Shown in pieces: positions 36,201 to 51,200 of a stretch of DNA of 64,000 nt; the first letter of the stretch is position 1; each line of letters begins with the position of its first letter. The stretch comes from Phoronis australis (Eukaryota; Animalia; Phoronida). Both the position numbers and the translations under genes were made by a program. The DNA is taken from contig NMRA01000026.1 of the NCBI GenBank assembly GCA_002633005.1, positions 346,101 through 410,100 of the forward strand. The letters are read 5' to 3'. The notes below the pieces were generated by a model. It saw only the letters and a list, made by a program, of their open reading frames with translations, was not told the origin of the DNA and did not search any database.

Positions 36201-39200
36201 CTTGAACAACAGCATCTTTCTACCATATTGCTTATTCAAGCAACTTTTGGATACTTTAAGTAATTAACTTTAACCAGGAGAGTTAGGAAACAACAAAATC
36301 AACAACTTTTTGCGATTTAATTACAAATCGCCAATTCTCTCCGTTGTCTGACAGACATTTAATAAAATCAAGGCCGGTGTCTTCATAATGTAATAGTAAA
36401 TACTGATTTAACTTGTAGGATTTGGCTTGGCTGCAAAGGCATGAGGCTACTACGAATCGGATCAATTTCGCACTACTTTACTTTTGTCGGCAAGAATGTC
36501 CCTTTAAAGAACCGTGTTCAAATAAAAATCGAAGTTTCAACTGTCTTATGACCTCTGATAACATGGGTCCCCGAAGTCTTGCAGATTTTATGAGGGATCC
36601 CACCGATAAACATGTCACCACGACCACGTCTAAACAGACAGAGAAAAAAAATTGCAACACGATGAACAACCCACTGCAGAGAACCATTGATCCATCATCG
36701 AGTCTAAGAAATGAACAATAATTAGTCACAAAATTGAGGAGCAAAGCTTAATCCTAAAAATGTAAGTTCCTACCCTCTGACACGTGGCAATAAACAGAAG
36801 TATGTAACAAAATCCATAAAAAATGCAGGGTTCATTACACTAACTAAAATAAGTTTTAAATCTAACTTCAAATGTACTATTACACCATCAGACTACAGAA
36901 CAGAATGAGGATCTGCTAACGTTACGCAACCGAACACAGCGTCACTACATGTAAAGTAGTGAATGAGTTTCTCTTACGCGCTCCGTCCGACTCATTCTCA
37001 CCTTCCTTGGCTCGAGTACGCTTCTCCTGAAAATACAAGACAGTCACGTGTCACTGACAGACGTCAAGTCAAGGATCATTGACAATTCATTTACAACTCT
37101 GACATTTTCCTGTGAAATTCTCCGAGGAGGCACCACTCTCCTCCATTACATATCTTAGTTTCTAGGTAGTGAGCAGACGATGTACTTCTTGCTGGAACTA
37201 AAACGTGTCATCACACCAGGCGCCGCAAGAGAATAGTGACGTCAAAGTTGAATACTTTCCGTATTTTCTGCCCATTTTTGTACCTTTCATTTGAATTGTC
37301 AATATTAAATTGAATAAACACCGATGCTTACCCTTTTGCAACAGATAAGCCAAGCTTCACTCGCTGACTAGTTTAACACTTGCTTGTTGGTTATACTCAA
37401 GTGTTTCACATACATTGCACCTGACTAATACCAAATAACAGAGCAGCTTTACAAGTAGACCCATAGGCCTAAATATGCACGTACACTGTAAGACCAAAAA
37501 ACCCTCATGCTAACAATTTGCCACCAAGCTAAATGCACCCAGTCACCAGATGATCAACACTCCCATTCATCCGATTTTCACGGTCGCTATTCCTAAGTGG
37601 GAAAAGTCCGATGGCACTACGACGTCGAGGGGAAAATTCTAATCCAGTTTCCGGAAGTTTCGATTGATAATTTTTTCGTATCGGGACAAGGCTCACCTGA
37701 GCTGCCCTGGCTGCAGATTCCTCGTTAAGTTCAGGTATGTGCACACTTTCATCTCTTCTGTATTGTTTGTCCAGCAACTGATCCGTTTCTTCATCGGTGT
37801 CATAATCTACAACACACACATTTCTACGTGCACAACATCTATAGTAAGCAAATTATTTTACAGAAAAACAATCGCCTAAACTGCCTTCTCCAAATTCTCA
37901 AAAGTTGCCAACATTGCTGTAAATGCCTGCAACTTTTTAAAGATTTTGTACACACCCAGTACAACATCTAGACAAAACGTTTTCAAATTTCACCAATACC
38001 GGACGAAACAATTGCATGAATCATCCTTTTTTGTTCTTCAAAAGTTGAAAACCTGATGTAATCCCAGCAATTTTTAAAAACATTTGTCCAATGATACCTT
38101 CCTTCTGATCAGTGCATACTTGGATAGTGACAAAGCATTAGCTTGATACTACTCTTGATTATTAAAACAAGACCATAGCAGAACGTTAATATGCACCCAC
38201 CACGTACATCGCAAACGACAAAGATAAATGGGTACCGGTACTCATTTTTTACACAAGTCGGAGGTCTTACAAAAACCTTATCAACTAAATTTCGTGCAGA
38301 TCCGTCATTGAATTTGCTAGATGGAAAAATTAAACTGACATAACAGACCACAGCAGTAGTTGACACTGTCCAAAAGTTAATGTTCGCCAAATTTCCATCA
38401 ATTGAAACAAATTTGTTAAAATTCGTAATGATTTTTAAAATTGTTTAGCAAATAGAAAAGCTGATACCAGAAATGGGCTCAAAACATCAATATCGCCGAA
38501 AGAGTGGCGCAAAACATACAAGAGTTGTGAGAAAATGGCCAAATGCTTTCTTTTTTTCCATGCTCTCATAAATAGGAAAATATCCAACAAAATTTCTGAC
38601 GGACTATCAAAAAGAAGCATATGCCAAAAAACGAAGCCAAAACACTAAAATTGCCACCAGGGGGCACATCAGGGCAGAGCCATTCAAAAGTTGTCACGTG
38701 ACACTCCCTCCTTGATACAAACATATCTGCCAAGTTTCAAAAGATCCACCGAGGGACTCGACAGATAAAAAAAGCAAACACAAAAAAGTAAAATTATCAC
38801 TACACGACACAGCAGTAAAGAATTTGCCCAGAAGTTGTCCTTATCCATTGTCATATTCATATGGACACACCTGCCAGATTCCACAAACATCTTGAAAGCA
38901 GTTTAGGTTTTACAGCAGCAGACGCTAGACTGGGACAACGGGAACGACGGCAATATGTGCCCACACTCAAATGTAGATGTGGGCGCATAGAAATGCAAAA
39001 ATTAATTTTAACACTGGCACTGAAGCTCCATTTTTCAATAAAATCAAAAGATTTTATGTAAAATTTAAACTTCCAGTGATACAAAAAACAAAATTTGATT
39101 CTGATAGATATGCACATGGGGTATTTTTGAAAACATGGTTCGAGGCATTTCAGAAAACTCATGACTTTTTTACTTAAGTGACAGAGCGTTCAAACCCTTT

Positions 39201-42200
39201 TCTTTAAGTGGTTGCAAGTAGAAATGATGCAACTATGTTGGATACACATTCAAGGTAACCTTCCAAAAATTACACCAACTCTCAATTTGTACTCTGGAAG
39301 CTAAAAGCAAAGAATCAAGCGCCCGACAGCTAACCATCAGAGGCATCAGATTCTAGTGTTAGCAGGACTGATTTCAGTTCCCAGGAATTAGGATTCGTGT
39401 ATCAAATCAGCAATTCGCTGAATGGACTGCATCGTGCGGAAAATATAGTACACGCCAAACATAATCAAACAAAATGACTCGTAATTTACCATCATGACGG
39501 CCGAGGACTAGCAGAATACCATTACAATGGCCGAGTGTAAAGTTCGTAATTCACTATCAGAGTAATTATAATATGGCCCACCTTGATGCATCATCAACCG
39601 CCATGATGACGAAACAGTATTTTATCCGATTTCTTTTTGGTGTGCACAATAGATAAACAAGCTACCATCATTTCTATGCAATCAAAGCAATTTTACAACC
39701 CTAAATGTTTGACTCGGCAAACAAAGGCAGGCTACAACTTACGCCTCTGCAATATCTCTGGTAAATCCTTGTTCATGGACAACCACTACTTTGCAAGAGC
39801 TTTCTATAACACTTCAAAGTTAACCGATTCAACAGAAAAGATATTAATGTTTTGCAGCCATGCAAACTGAACCCAACGCATAGGTGTGAATACTAGACAT
39901 ACTAAATGGTAATTGTAACTAATGAGCGGGCAAGCTGCACTCGCATGCTGGAGATCAGCTGACGGTATACGCAATACCACGTCACCATCGCAGGAATACT
40001 ACAGCCCGGTCACACCGCACTCATTCTCAGAAGGTTCCATCTCGTCTTCACGACTCGTTAAATCAGGAACGGGCGCAAACAGGCAACTTCAGGCAAAACA
40101 TGAATCAAACGTGAGACCGTCTCACTCAGATCGTACATACACTAACTCTGTTGCTACTCGTCATTTTTTCTCGTTGCCAAGATCTAACTGAGAACTACCT
40201 TTGTGTGACAGGGCTGTGGTGGCTTAAAGGATACGTTAACTTTCTTTAAATACCTTACCAATCACTCTACTATATTGAAATAGGATATTACGGGGCAACA
40301 TGCAATCTACATCTTGATGTATCCACCAGAATGAGTGGGCACAACGGATTACCAAGATGTCCCCATTCACCCATGCTTCAGTGAAGGTATATTTTGGTAC
40401 TCTCACAAAGCCACATATAGTGTCAAATATACACGAGGCATATTTTGGTGTTATTAATGACGCAAGTTTGCATCGACACCGCTGTATCATATATTATATT
40501 CCGAGTGGAAAAAATCAAGTACAGCTGTAAGCGATCCAACCCTGCAAATTGGATTTATTCGAGTTCGAATTTGGAGGATTTAACGACGACTGCTAATTAT
40601 AACATGTGCTTGTCAGGGTAGTTTTGTATCACAGGAGCGGTCACTGTACCAAAATAACATAGTTTGAAAACTTCCTGCCTTATAGTAACGGAGAAGGTGT
40701 GATGCATGTGTATGTGTGTTGTAGTATCTAATGAGCAACTGCTAACCGACCTCCTTCCTTGCGCCTCTCGACGTACGCCGTTGGTGCAACATCCTCCTTT
40801 TGGCTATCGCACTCGGAGCCGGACTCGTGGTATGATTGGCCGTTCGTCTGCCGCGACGACGGCGATTGGTGTGTGCCCTGCTCCTCCGGTCCATGCGACA
40901 CGCCGCCAGGTGGCGTGTACCCACTCTTCACAGAGGCGTCATAATTGACGCTGGGTGAGTTCCGCGGCTGGCCGCCGGCGTTCACCGCATTCTGTCCATG
41001 TCGATTAGCTAAACTCCTCTTGTGCGACGAGTGTATTTTATGACGTATCTCATGCTGTTCATCAGTCTCAGTCTGGACCGGAGCGTACTTCCTGCGAAAC
41101 CACGAGCCAGCTATCGCTTGGTCATGTTCATGGCCTTCATCGTTACTATCGGAATCCGAATCGTTGCCTAAAAATTAAAGCATGCACAAAGTGAACCATG
41201 CACAGGCAGCAGGTCAACTAAAACAGGCGCGAAAGCACACAGGCAACTGAATATCACTTGGTTAAAAAGTTTTTGTACTCCACAGCAGTGGTAGATCCAC
41301 CGGGGGGCGTTCAGGAGGATTTACCTCCCCTTAGTGATTGGCTGGGTGAATAACATCGCAGTACAGTAATCCTACACTTATTTAGAACACAATATGGCCG
41401 ACAAGTGAAATTCTCCACAAAAATAAAGATCAAAGATAATTTCAGTCTATTACTAGCGTGTTTTTGTGTACAAGGTAGACGTCACGAGACAACTATTTCC
41501 AGTAATAAGCCTTTAAAAAAACGACAAGTTTGGAGATTATATTTGTGGCAAATAAGTGGAGTATTACCGTAATCACATGCAAGGAGCAATGTATAACCAA
41601 GAAAAAGCACAAGGATGCAAAAACTTCGTAGAGAAGAACGACATCCTATCCCGGAAAAAAATGTCCGTGTAGTAATACCTACAGAACATAGCTGTATATT
41701 TGGGGAATTATGGGAAGGAACGTAATGATGAGACAACAGTTTGACAACTCACTGATTGGCTACACCTGAGTGATTAACTCCCCTGGGCAAAAGTATTGTA
41801 TTGGAGGGCTTTATCGACATGGCCGTTCAAGAAATAAAAACAGCAGCAACTGATGAAAATCAGATTAAACATTACCATGAAAAAGATTGCTTCAAATTAG
41901 CAAGACTCAGGAACTGGTATGCATGCTTCAGAAAATTATGTCATGCAAAAACTAAAAACTATGGCCTATTTCCTCACAACGTGCTGACAAGATCCACAAA
42001 ATGCAAGTTATCAATAAACTCCCCTCGTCTGCTGATGAAGGAGACAGAGTGAAGGCCTCTGCATGTGTTTATATAGACATACAGGTTGTCAGAGAAGGAT
42101 AAGTAGTACTTTGGTGAACAGATCACTAAGATTCGTGCAAAAAATTTGACAGATGGTCAGACGGCCCCATAAGTGAGATGCCTTTCATGTTAATACTGTT

Positions 42201-45200
42201 CAAGACAACATGAAGCAAAGCAAATAACCAGTGTATTTCTGTTCATCAAATGTTGACCAAGACTTGCTCATGCTTCGGAGGACTAAATGGTACGCCCACA
42301 TGTCTCAAAAAGCGAACACGTGGGTATGCTACCACTAAACATTACTCAAAACTCGACTCGAAAAATCGACTAATCGTATAGCGCACTTAAAAGATAACTA
42401 TCATAAATATACATGGTATGAATCTTCGAGTAGTACCTCGAGTAAACTTTGGTCATCTGCAGACCCAGAAGGCATTTTTGACACGATGTTGTTCGACATG
42501 AACAACAACGACTTCGGGGATAAATAAACTTATTGCTAAATTTAACCGCTGCTGCTAGAGCTAATTGGGAGTCTCAACACTTTGTTTCCTAGAACACCAA
42601 CTATTCTTGGTCAGACTCGCACATTGTAACATGCAGTGGTGTGGTTGTAAACACAGACACCTCGTAGCTACCAGGGGTTTGTTTCATGAAGAGTGACATC
42701 GGGATGACGTCGAAAATTTTGCCTTACGTACTCCACTGATAAAGGATTCGTTCTCACTACAACAAAAAGTCTCTGGGCATATACCCTCAACAGCTAGTCC
42801 CTTAAAGGGGTCCCTGCACTCTGAGAACTAGCTTTCTCCACTGACTTATGGAAATCAAACTGGTTCTCAAAATCCAGGATTCCTTTAAATGACTATTGCC
42901 AACTCGCCTTCCATCAAAAAATAGATTTGTGTAAGACTAAATACAGTTTAATTGGCTGCGGCTTGACCCCAACTCAAATCGGAAGTCATTTCTGGGCACA
43001 CGATCGAGACTCTCAACTCAGACTCGAAATTTACGAGGCATGCTGTATGACTCGAGTGAAAACTTGTAAGTTTACCTGAAGCATGCTATGCAAAAGTCGG
43101 ACAAATTTCAGGTATAAATAATAGATTCTGGGCTCTGGGCAGACAAAGGAACTCTTACGCTCAAGATGACTTGTCTGAGTGGACCATTCAACGCGCTGAG
43201 CAACCAATATCAAACCAGGCTCAGAAACCACTTCTGACGTGCCGAGTAAGGAACAAGTTGAGAGTGGCTTAATAACAGCAAGTTTTCAAACTAAAAATTT
43301 GCTTCTTTGATGGAATGCGGATTTATGACAGCTTTAATTGGAAAATCAAATATTTATATTAACTTAAGGTTATGAAGAACCATAGAAAAAAATTCCAACT
43401 GCAAAATTCGGAAAGTCATATTTCAGAAAAGGCCGATAGGATTCACAAAATTATCACAAAATCTGGTTGTATTATTGATACCATTGTTCTGCTAAGATTG
43501 TACCTTAATTCTCTTTTGCAAAATTTTACTAAAAAAATTGTCACGTGACCCAATCAATGGCAGATTGGCATAAAGTCAAAAATCAAACTCTACAAGCTTA
43601 CCACTTTCAGGAAATATTTAGTTAAATTCTGTTCTTTTGTAACAATTTGGCTGAATGTGCACACTTGTCGATAAGGTCCTGTATAACTGAGACATGTGCC
43701 AATGGTTAAACGGCAAAAACTTTTATTCAATTCTAGCCAAGTGGCAACGTAGGACAAAATTCTGACTTAAAGCATCAGTCACTATTCATGCACAGAGCCC
43801 CTGGCAGCTCACGAATCTGACAGCGACAACAAAGTTGACATACCGTTGAACGTCCAAGTAACTTCGACTAAATAGAAAAGACACAGTGTATGATTAAGAC
43901 GGGTGGCCCAGCTCCTGCCTACCTCGGGGACTTCTGTAGACTCGGCCGGCATGATGTCGACTCTGCTGGCCCCTCAACAATGCATCTCCTTCCATTTCAA
44001 TCTCACGAACTGCATAACAGATGTCAGCACAATCACTTATTCAATCCACGGCACAACCATATACTAGTACTACATGATTTAAATTCAATTTCTGGGCAGT
44101 AATGCCATCTATTGTAGTACCTATGGTTGCGAAATAAAAATTGAAAAAATAAAGTAATAAATACGCTCTATTTGGAATCACTGACACTAGCATGTCAACA
44201 AATTCTACTTGACATCATTTCAGACACCAGATTTGTGGGTCGAATTCATAATTTTTACAAAGACTGAAACTTAAAAGGATACCAAAACCGCTTATGGCCA
44301 ACTAACAGATAATAAACACGACTTTAAAGTCCAGTTCTCTGAAACGAAATAATGCTCTGTAACCCTTGGAAACCCTCAAAAGTTTGGAAGAAAATTTGAA
44401 AACACCTTTCAAAGTCTGTTAAACGGACAGGTATGACCTACATTTTTAGTGAATTACACGGCAACCGTGGGAAAAGACCACCCACCAAGGTACATAATGT
44501 CCAATCTGTGACATAGGGAGTACGAATTTTAGCCGATTACTGCCTTTAACTTAGAAAGTTGACACCAATGATGAATCAGCAAGTGACCAAATGAAGATTG
44601 GTTGAAATCATCAAAACAGAGTTTAGTATCCTTTTAAGGGGACTTGGCTGGTGTGCATTATCATTCGTCCACGGAAGGATCTAAATATCTGAGCTGACAT
44701 TTATGAAATGTTGAAATTCATCTGAAGGAAAGATGCCACGTCCAGTAAAATTTAAATTACCCTCTTCGGAGGTACATATACCTTATTTTCAAAACGTTAA
44801 GTTAAACACAAAATCTTATTACAAAACCTACGACTGTTTTAGCTGAAACTTGCTGCTCAGATACGGTGGGACCATTATGCACGCCACGGGTATTGTAACA
44901 TTTCAACCCCATTGGGCCTTGACAACGCGAGCCACCAACCGACAACTGAATTAAAATAAGTTTCCAAAAAAATTGCTTACTTGGCATTGAAAAGAAAATC
45001 GCTACGAATAGCGATGAAAAACATAACGATGCAATTACCATAATGCATGGACATCAAGTTTTGGAAAAAACAATCACTAAGGTTGACAATGACCTCAAAA
45101 CCTATATAAACCTTCAACGTCTGATCTGCAACAAACCATGCAAAATCTATCCAACACAACAGCTGGGACACTTTAGACAGGCTGCTCTGCCACAATGCTT

Positions 45201-48200
45201 CGAACTCAAAAGCTGAGTATTGCATACAACAACAGGGCTATATGGACAGGGCTTAAGAAAACCGGCCAAGGACAGTTCACGTGACATGCGTACCTTTCTC
45301 CATCTCGCGCCTGCGACACTCGGCCTCGTGTGCCTGTTCCAGCTCTTCCCTTTCCTGTCGCAAGATATCTTGCTGTTGTAATCTCTCCACATAACTCTCT
45401 CTACAATACATAACACAACACTGGTCAAGCTTATGTAAGACGGGGAAATTGTCCAATTTTGGCCACTTTCAGGACGCAATACCTCAGAAATGACGATCAA
45501 ATTCAATGGAACTTTCGGATACTACACTTCATGCACTATAACTTATTAAAAAAAAATTGGTCATGTTATCGATTCTAGTCGATTCGATGTCTAGTGTAAA
45601 AATACTCTTTACTAGCTTGTCTTCAATAGAGTTCAATTACCTTTCCCCAGATTTCCTGCGAGACAATTGCCTCTCAACCCCGCCATGTTTTTCTGTGACA
45701 ACTAATGCTTCTAAATGTTTTCATAAGCCCGACAAAAAGAAAACAGCAACGTTGGATCTGGTCTTTAGCCCCAACTCATTCCGAGACCTGCGCTCACTGA
45801 TTCAATTTTCAAAAAAACATACAGACCAGAACCATCTATGCTTCTTTTTTGAATTTACTTGATTTTAATTGGTACAAAAATGCTATTTTCCAAACCATGA
45901 AGATGCTGGAGGGCATCAAAACTTGTTCCTGCATAACATGGATGTAATTCGCTTGCTTTTATCAGATACCAACCAGGCAGAACATTGATTGCATTCTGCA
46001 GGATTATCTTAAACAAAGTTACTCCCTGGTTATTGGGCCTGTTTACATGGACGTTTTTATAGCCATTTTGAACACTTTTTTATCATCATTTCAACACCCT
46101 AAGTAAAAATTAATTCCCAACTTTGTTATTTCGTTCCCCGCTAAAAATAGTAGACTTTACTACTCAAGTTTGGAGCAAAACCTGGCAATAAATCACTCAG
46201 GCCACCTGCAGGTACCGGACGCAGTTCACAAGCAGACTTCATGACATCGCTTGGCGCCATTTGCCTTGGAGTACAAAACGTGAAGTGCTTTTATTTTATT
46301 CGGGGTATGTGGCCAGAGGAAGACTGCAAGGTTTCAATAAGTCTTAGGGGGTATGACGAAATCCAAGGCACAGTGTGGTGTACACTCACACACAGATAAT
46401 AAGGATGTGGGCGATTTTTGTACTATCCAGAATAACGAGAGCAATGAAACCACATTACTTGCTAAGAAAAAGCGCGTTGTAAAATACCGGAGAAATGGTA
46501 GAGTCATCGTGTATTTACCATCACAGATATTCGTTTAAATGTAAGCATTTAAAATAGCACAGAAATAGCATAAAAGATCTCACATGTAAATGCTGCTATT
46601 GGCAGTTCACATAAAAACAAACACATTTAAAAAAAATCGCTTTTAAATGCTCAAGCTCGGTATGACGTCCATTCCATGATTTTCAATTCATACACTCTAA
46701 GGTCTGTTTCATGAAAATGACCTACGTCTGGTCACAAATTTTGACCTTAAGGTTATTTGGCAATAAGCCAAATATCTACAAAATCACAGAATTTAACTCA
46801 ACAAAAGTCAATATTTTCTGAAAGTAGAAATAAGAAAGTAGAAATTCCGCCCAGTTTGATTTTTGACTTTAGACCGATCTACAATTAATTAGGCAAAAAG
46901 GAAAGGTACATTCACAGAAAAAAACAGGATCAATAACACAACTAAATTTCACATGATGTAAATGGTCAAAATAAAATTTCAAAAATGTCGATACGATTTT
47001 GTAAATTATCATGCACAAAGCATATTACCCGAAAATTTCATAATACGTCCAGCCACTTCTGCGATATGACATTCAAAAGTTGGCCAAAGTTGGACATTTT
47101 TCTAGGGTCCTACACTTCAAAATTACTGTAATGTTTTTGATTCAGTTTAGAAATAATTTATGCTAATTATTGGGCAACTAGGGATTGTGGGTCACAATTT
47201 CGCTGAGTTGAGATAAAATCATTTTTGGAAATAGTGCTGTGAAGTGTAACATTAAATTTCTGTCTTAAGTATAATATTGTGGAACAGTGCTGAAACTACA
47301 ACTATTATTAAAATCTCTTGGTCTATTTACACCGACCTCTTGTCTATTTACTTTGTCACGACGTTTCGGTCGGTCTATTCTCCGGCCATCGTCAGGTGTT
47401 CCTGCGTTCTTAGAAGAATGAGCACCAACTTGCACATTACTGATTGGTATGTGATGTGAATGACGTTTGTTGGTACCTTGTCACCAAAGGTATGCGGGGT
47501 CACCGACTAATACATTACTGAGTACTGACTGGTGTGTGAATGATATATCTTGATACCTTGTCACCATGGGTATGCGGTGAAACGAAGGTCAACCCGCTGG
47601 AAAACAGAGTGACCCTCACACTGGCTTAGGATGGAGATCAGCTTATTTTCCAACAGGTTGATGGTCTTGTTAGCTTCACCACATACACAGATAATACCCT
47701 CTATGCTTTGTGGTTAAAAGCCGACATGTACACACAACTCTCATTGCGTGTGACATAGTTCTGATCTAAGGAGACCTCCCGACACAGGAAACCAGTTTAT
47801 GTAGTAATTAATGAGATTTCACTAATAATGCCCGTTCATTTATCATCTAATGCATGATACCGCATGATTAGCAACCAAGGGTGAATCACACACGCAATGC
47901 CTTTGTGTACTGCACAGCAATGTAAACGTCAATTCTGCAGGGTTTGATGAGGAAACTGAATCAGTAACATGCTTGCAGCTCTAATTAGAAAACATGCGGG
48001 CAATACACTGAAGCTGTTGATTGCATGTTTAGCTGAATGGCGACGGGGTCTTCATATGAAACCAATGGAATGAAGGAGTAATGCTCAATGGGACCCAGTT
48101 GTAAAGTTCCTTTCACACCTATGCTGACGCGTCACTGTTTTGGAATTGTTACTAAGTGCGAAAGATATACTTCAGTTTTAGATCAAAGTTAAATGACCAG

Positions 48201-51200
48201 TTAACAGCCGGACTTACAGTGGAGCGCTGACAATATAGCGTCAAACATCACTAGAGACTTCTCATATTGGCGCTCTCTAGAGTAATGAGAGCACAAAAGC
48301 GACTTCCAATTCATTCTGACTCAGATTTGGTGGACAGAAATTCAGTTACTACATAGCGGTTCATAAATTTAAAAGCAGAGGAAGCAATTCCCCTCAGTAC
48401 CCTCCCTCGTTTGATTAATCAAGCTTTCTAATTTATTTTAGCTTTTTGACACTGACTGGGATCAAAATTCTAGTAAAAAAGTCGCAGCCACAGGCTTTGT
48501 CATGGGTTTTTCTTTGCAGTGGGACAAATATGGAACATGATGTCCTTGTTCATCCATTGATATTTCAAAGGTTTACCGTTTTTCGTAAGGCATTAGTACA
48601 TCCCGCAGCACAGCAATCGAAATTTGCCGACATAACAGCAGGAAAGGTGATAAAATGCCCACCCACATTAAATGGAAGAGATGAACGCCTGTCCATCGAA
48701 ACCTGATCATCATCTGGCAGGATGGTGAATTTCAGTATGGTGTGGCTATTTCAAAAATCAACTATTTTGGTGCCATCCGAGTTGTTGGCAAGTTGCGCTT
48801 TCACAAAGACATGTTGCGTTATCGTTTGTCAATATCAATATTTTATTCAAATAACAACCATTTTAAGACTAAACAATCATTGTAAAAATGTTTAATTTAC
48901 ACCTGTGTAGCGAATAGCTGCGTTCACATTTTTATAAATTTAAAGTGCTTAACAAAATCATTTTAGATAGACTGTTTTAGCTTAAAACTGCATTCTGTTC
49001 ACACGACAAGCTTGACACTGCAAAAACATTGAATGGCATCTTCAGACAGTTGTGGGAAAATGTTGAGCTATACTTGCACAGTATGACATCAGTGGGCATG
49101 GGGTCACTAGGTACTGGAATATGTGGGTCATTTCAGGCAACAGCTGAACCCACATCTACAGCAGATGGTTTCTCTTTCAATAGCTGCTAGTGTTATCTAC
49201 CATTCACACTGAGTGGTTACAATTGTTATTTGCCGAAATAAATTTTGCCAAGTATGTTGCTCTTCCATCAAGTTTGTTCTTACTTGGTCTGACATCAAGT
49301 TTTTTGTTTCTTCGCACGATACAGGTCACAATTTTCGCCCGATCATCACGAAATTTACACTTAACACATAGTTTCGGAAGTACTGGAAGCCTACTGTTTT
49401 TCGACATAATCGGATCCGAGATGGCAGCTGTGGCGGCCATTTTGTTTTAATTTTAAGATTCAAATGCTTTTGGAGGCTACAATTTTTATGTACAGAGCTG
49501 AAAATCGGCACAATTATTGGACAGGACGTGCGCAGCATGTATACCGGAAATTATTCACTTCCGGTTGAAGATGGCAGAAATATCGGCACTTACACCTCGA
49601 TTTCGGGAAAAAAATTCTCCCGTAGAGGGCGCGTTATAGGACCAATTACTTCGACATTTTTTAGGTATTAGTTTCTTATGACCGGAAGTTGCTTTCAAGA
49701 TGGCGGATCTGGCGCATGTTGACCCATTTTCAGTCGTGCTAGAGTGCCATTTTAAACGGGAAGAGAAAAAGATATGATTTTTTGCATGTGGATTCTCTGA
49801 GGTATACTTTTTCCAATAACCTGTACCAATTTTTTGTCAGACTTATCGTTTTCGAGTTACTTGACTTTGAATTTCAAAAAAATGCAAAATTTCAATTTTT
49901 TTCGAAAAATTTATGGAATTGGCGATACCATTAGTTCACATAGAGTTTTAAACGGGCTTTCAGAAGGTTTTCCATTTTTCGCTAGGACGTCTGCTTTTCG
50001 AATTATTCAAGATTTTCTGATAGCGCTGTTCCTTTGTTGAGCACTCTTGCTGCATTGATGTTGGTTTAGCTTATATTGAACAAGAGTGTACTAGCCTATT
50101 TCTTGCTGATTTATGACATCTAAGTATGTCATATGAATGTTATGATGTTGTTCAGCATCATCACCATCGTCATCATATTCGTCATCTTCGTCATCATCTC
50201 CGTCATCTTCATTACTTGAATTGTTCATCATCGCCACCATCCTCATCATATTCGTCATCTTCGTCATCATCTCTATTGTCGTCTTTTCTGTTAATTTCGC
50301 CAAGTGTCGCTCCTCGGAGCGCTTTCATTGAAACTTTAGTACCTGGTTTTAGTCACCAGTCGTCAGTGCTATCACTTTCTGATTCACCCCACTGATGCGC
50401 AATTATTATCAACAAGTCTTAAAACAACGCCTCCTACAGAGTAATAACTTTTTCTGTACAACGGTTATAATCTCTTGCTAAACCACCNTGGCAGAAATAT
50501 CGACACTTGCACCTCGATTTCGGGAAAAAAATGTCTCCCGTAGAGGGCGCATTATAGGACCAATTGCTTCGACATTTTTTAGGTATTAGTTTCTTATGAC
50601 CGGAAGTTGCTTTCAAGATGGCGGATCTGGCGCATGTTGACCCATTTTCAGTCGTGCTAGAGTGCCATTTTAAACGGGAAGAGAAAAAGATGTGATTTTT
50701 TGCATGTGGATTCTCTGAAGTATACTTTTTCCAATAACCTGTACCAATTTTTTTCTCAGACTTATCGTTTTCGAGTTACTTGACTTTGAATTTCAAAAAA
50801 ATGCAAAATTTCAATTTTTTTCGAAAAATTTATGGAATTGGGCGATACCATTAGTTTATATAGAGTTTTAAACAGACTTTCAGAAGATGTTTTCCATTTT
50901 TCGCAAGGACGTCTACTTTTCGAATTATTCGAGATTTTCTTATAGCGCTGTTCCTTTGTTGAGCGCTCTTGCTGCATTGATGTTGGTTTAGCTTATATTG
51001 AACAAGAGTGTAGCCTATTTCTTGCTGATTTATGACATCTAAGTACGTCATATGAATGTTATGATGTTGTTCAGCATCATCACCATCGTCATCATATTCG
51101 TCATCTTCGTCATCATCTCCGTCATCTTCATTACTTGAATTGTTCATCATCGCCACCATCCTCGTCATATTCGCCATCTTCGTCATCATCTCTATCGTCG

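Noticed and set aside
39990-40060. Possible alternative first exon MEPSENEC within an APBA intron
   Set aside because: The donor is weak and there is no independent evidence.
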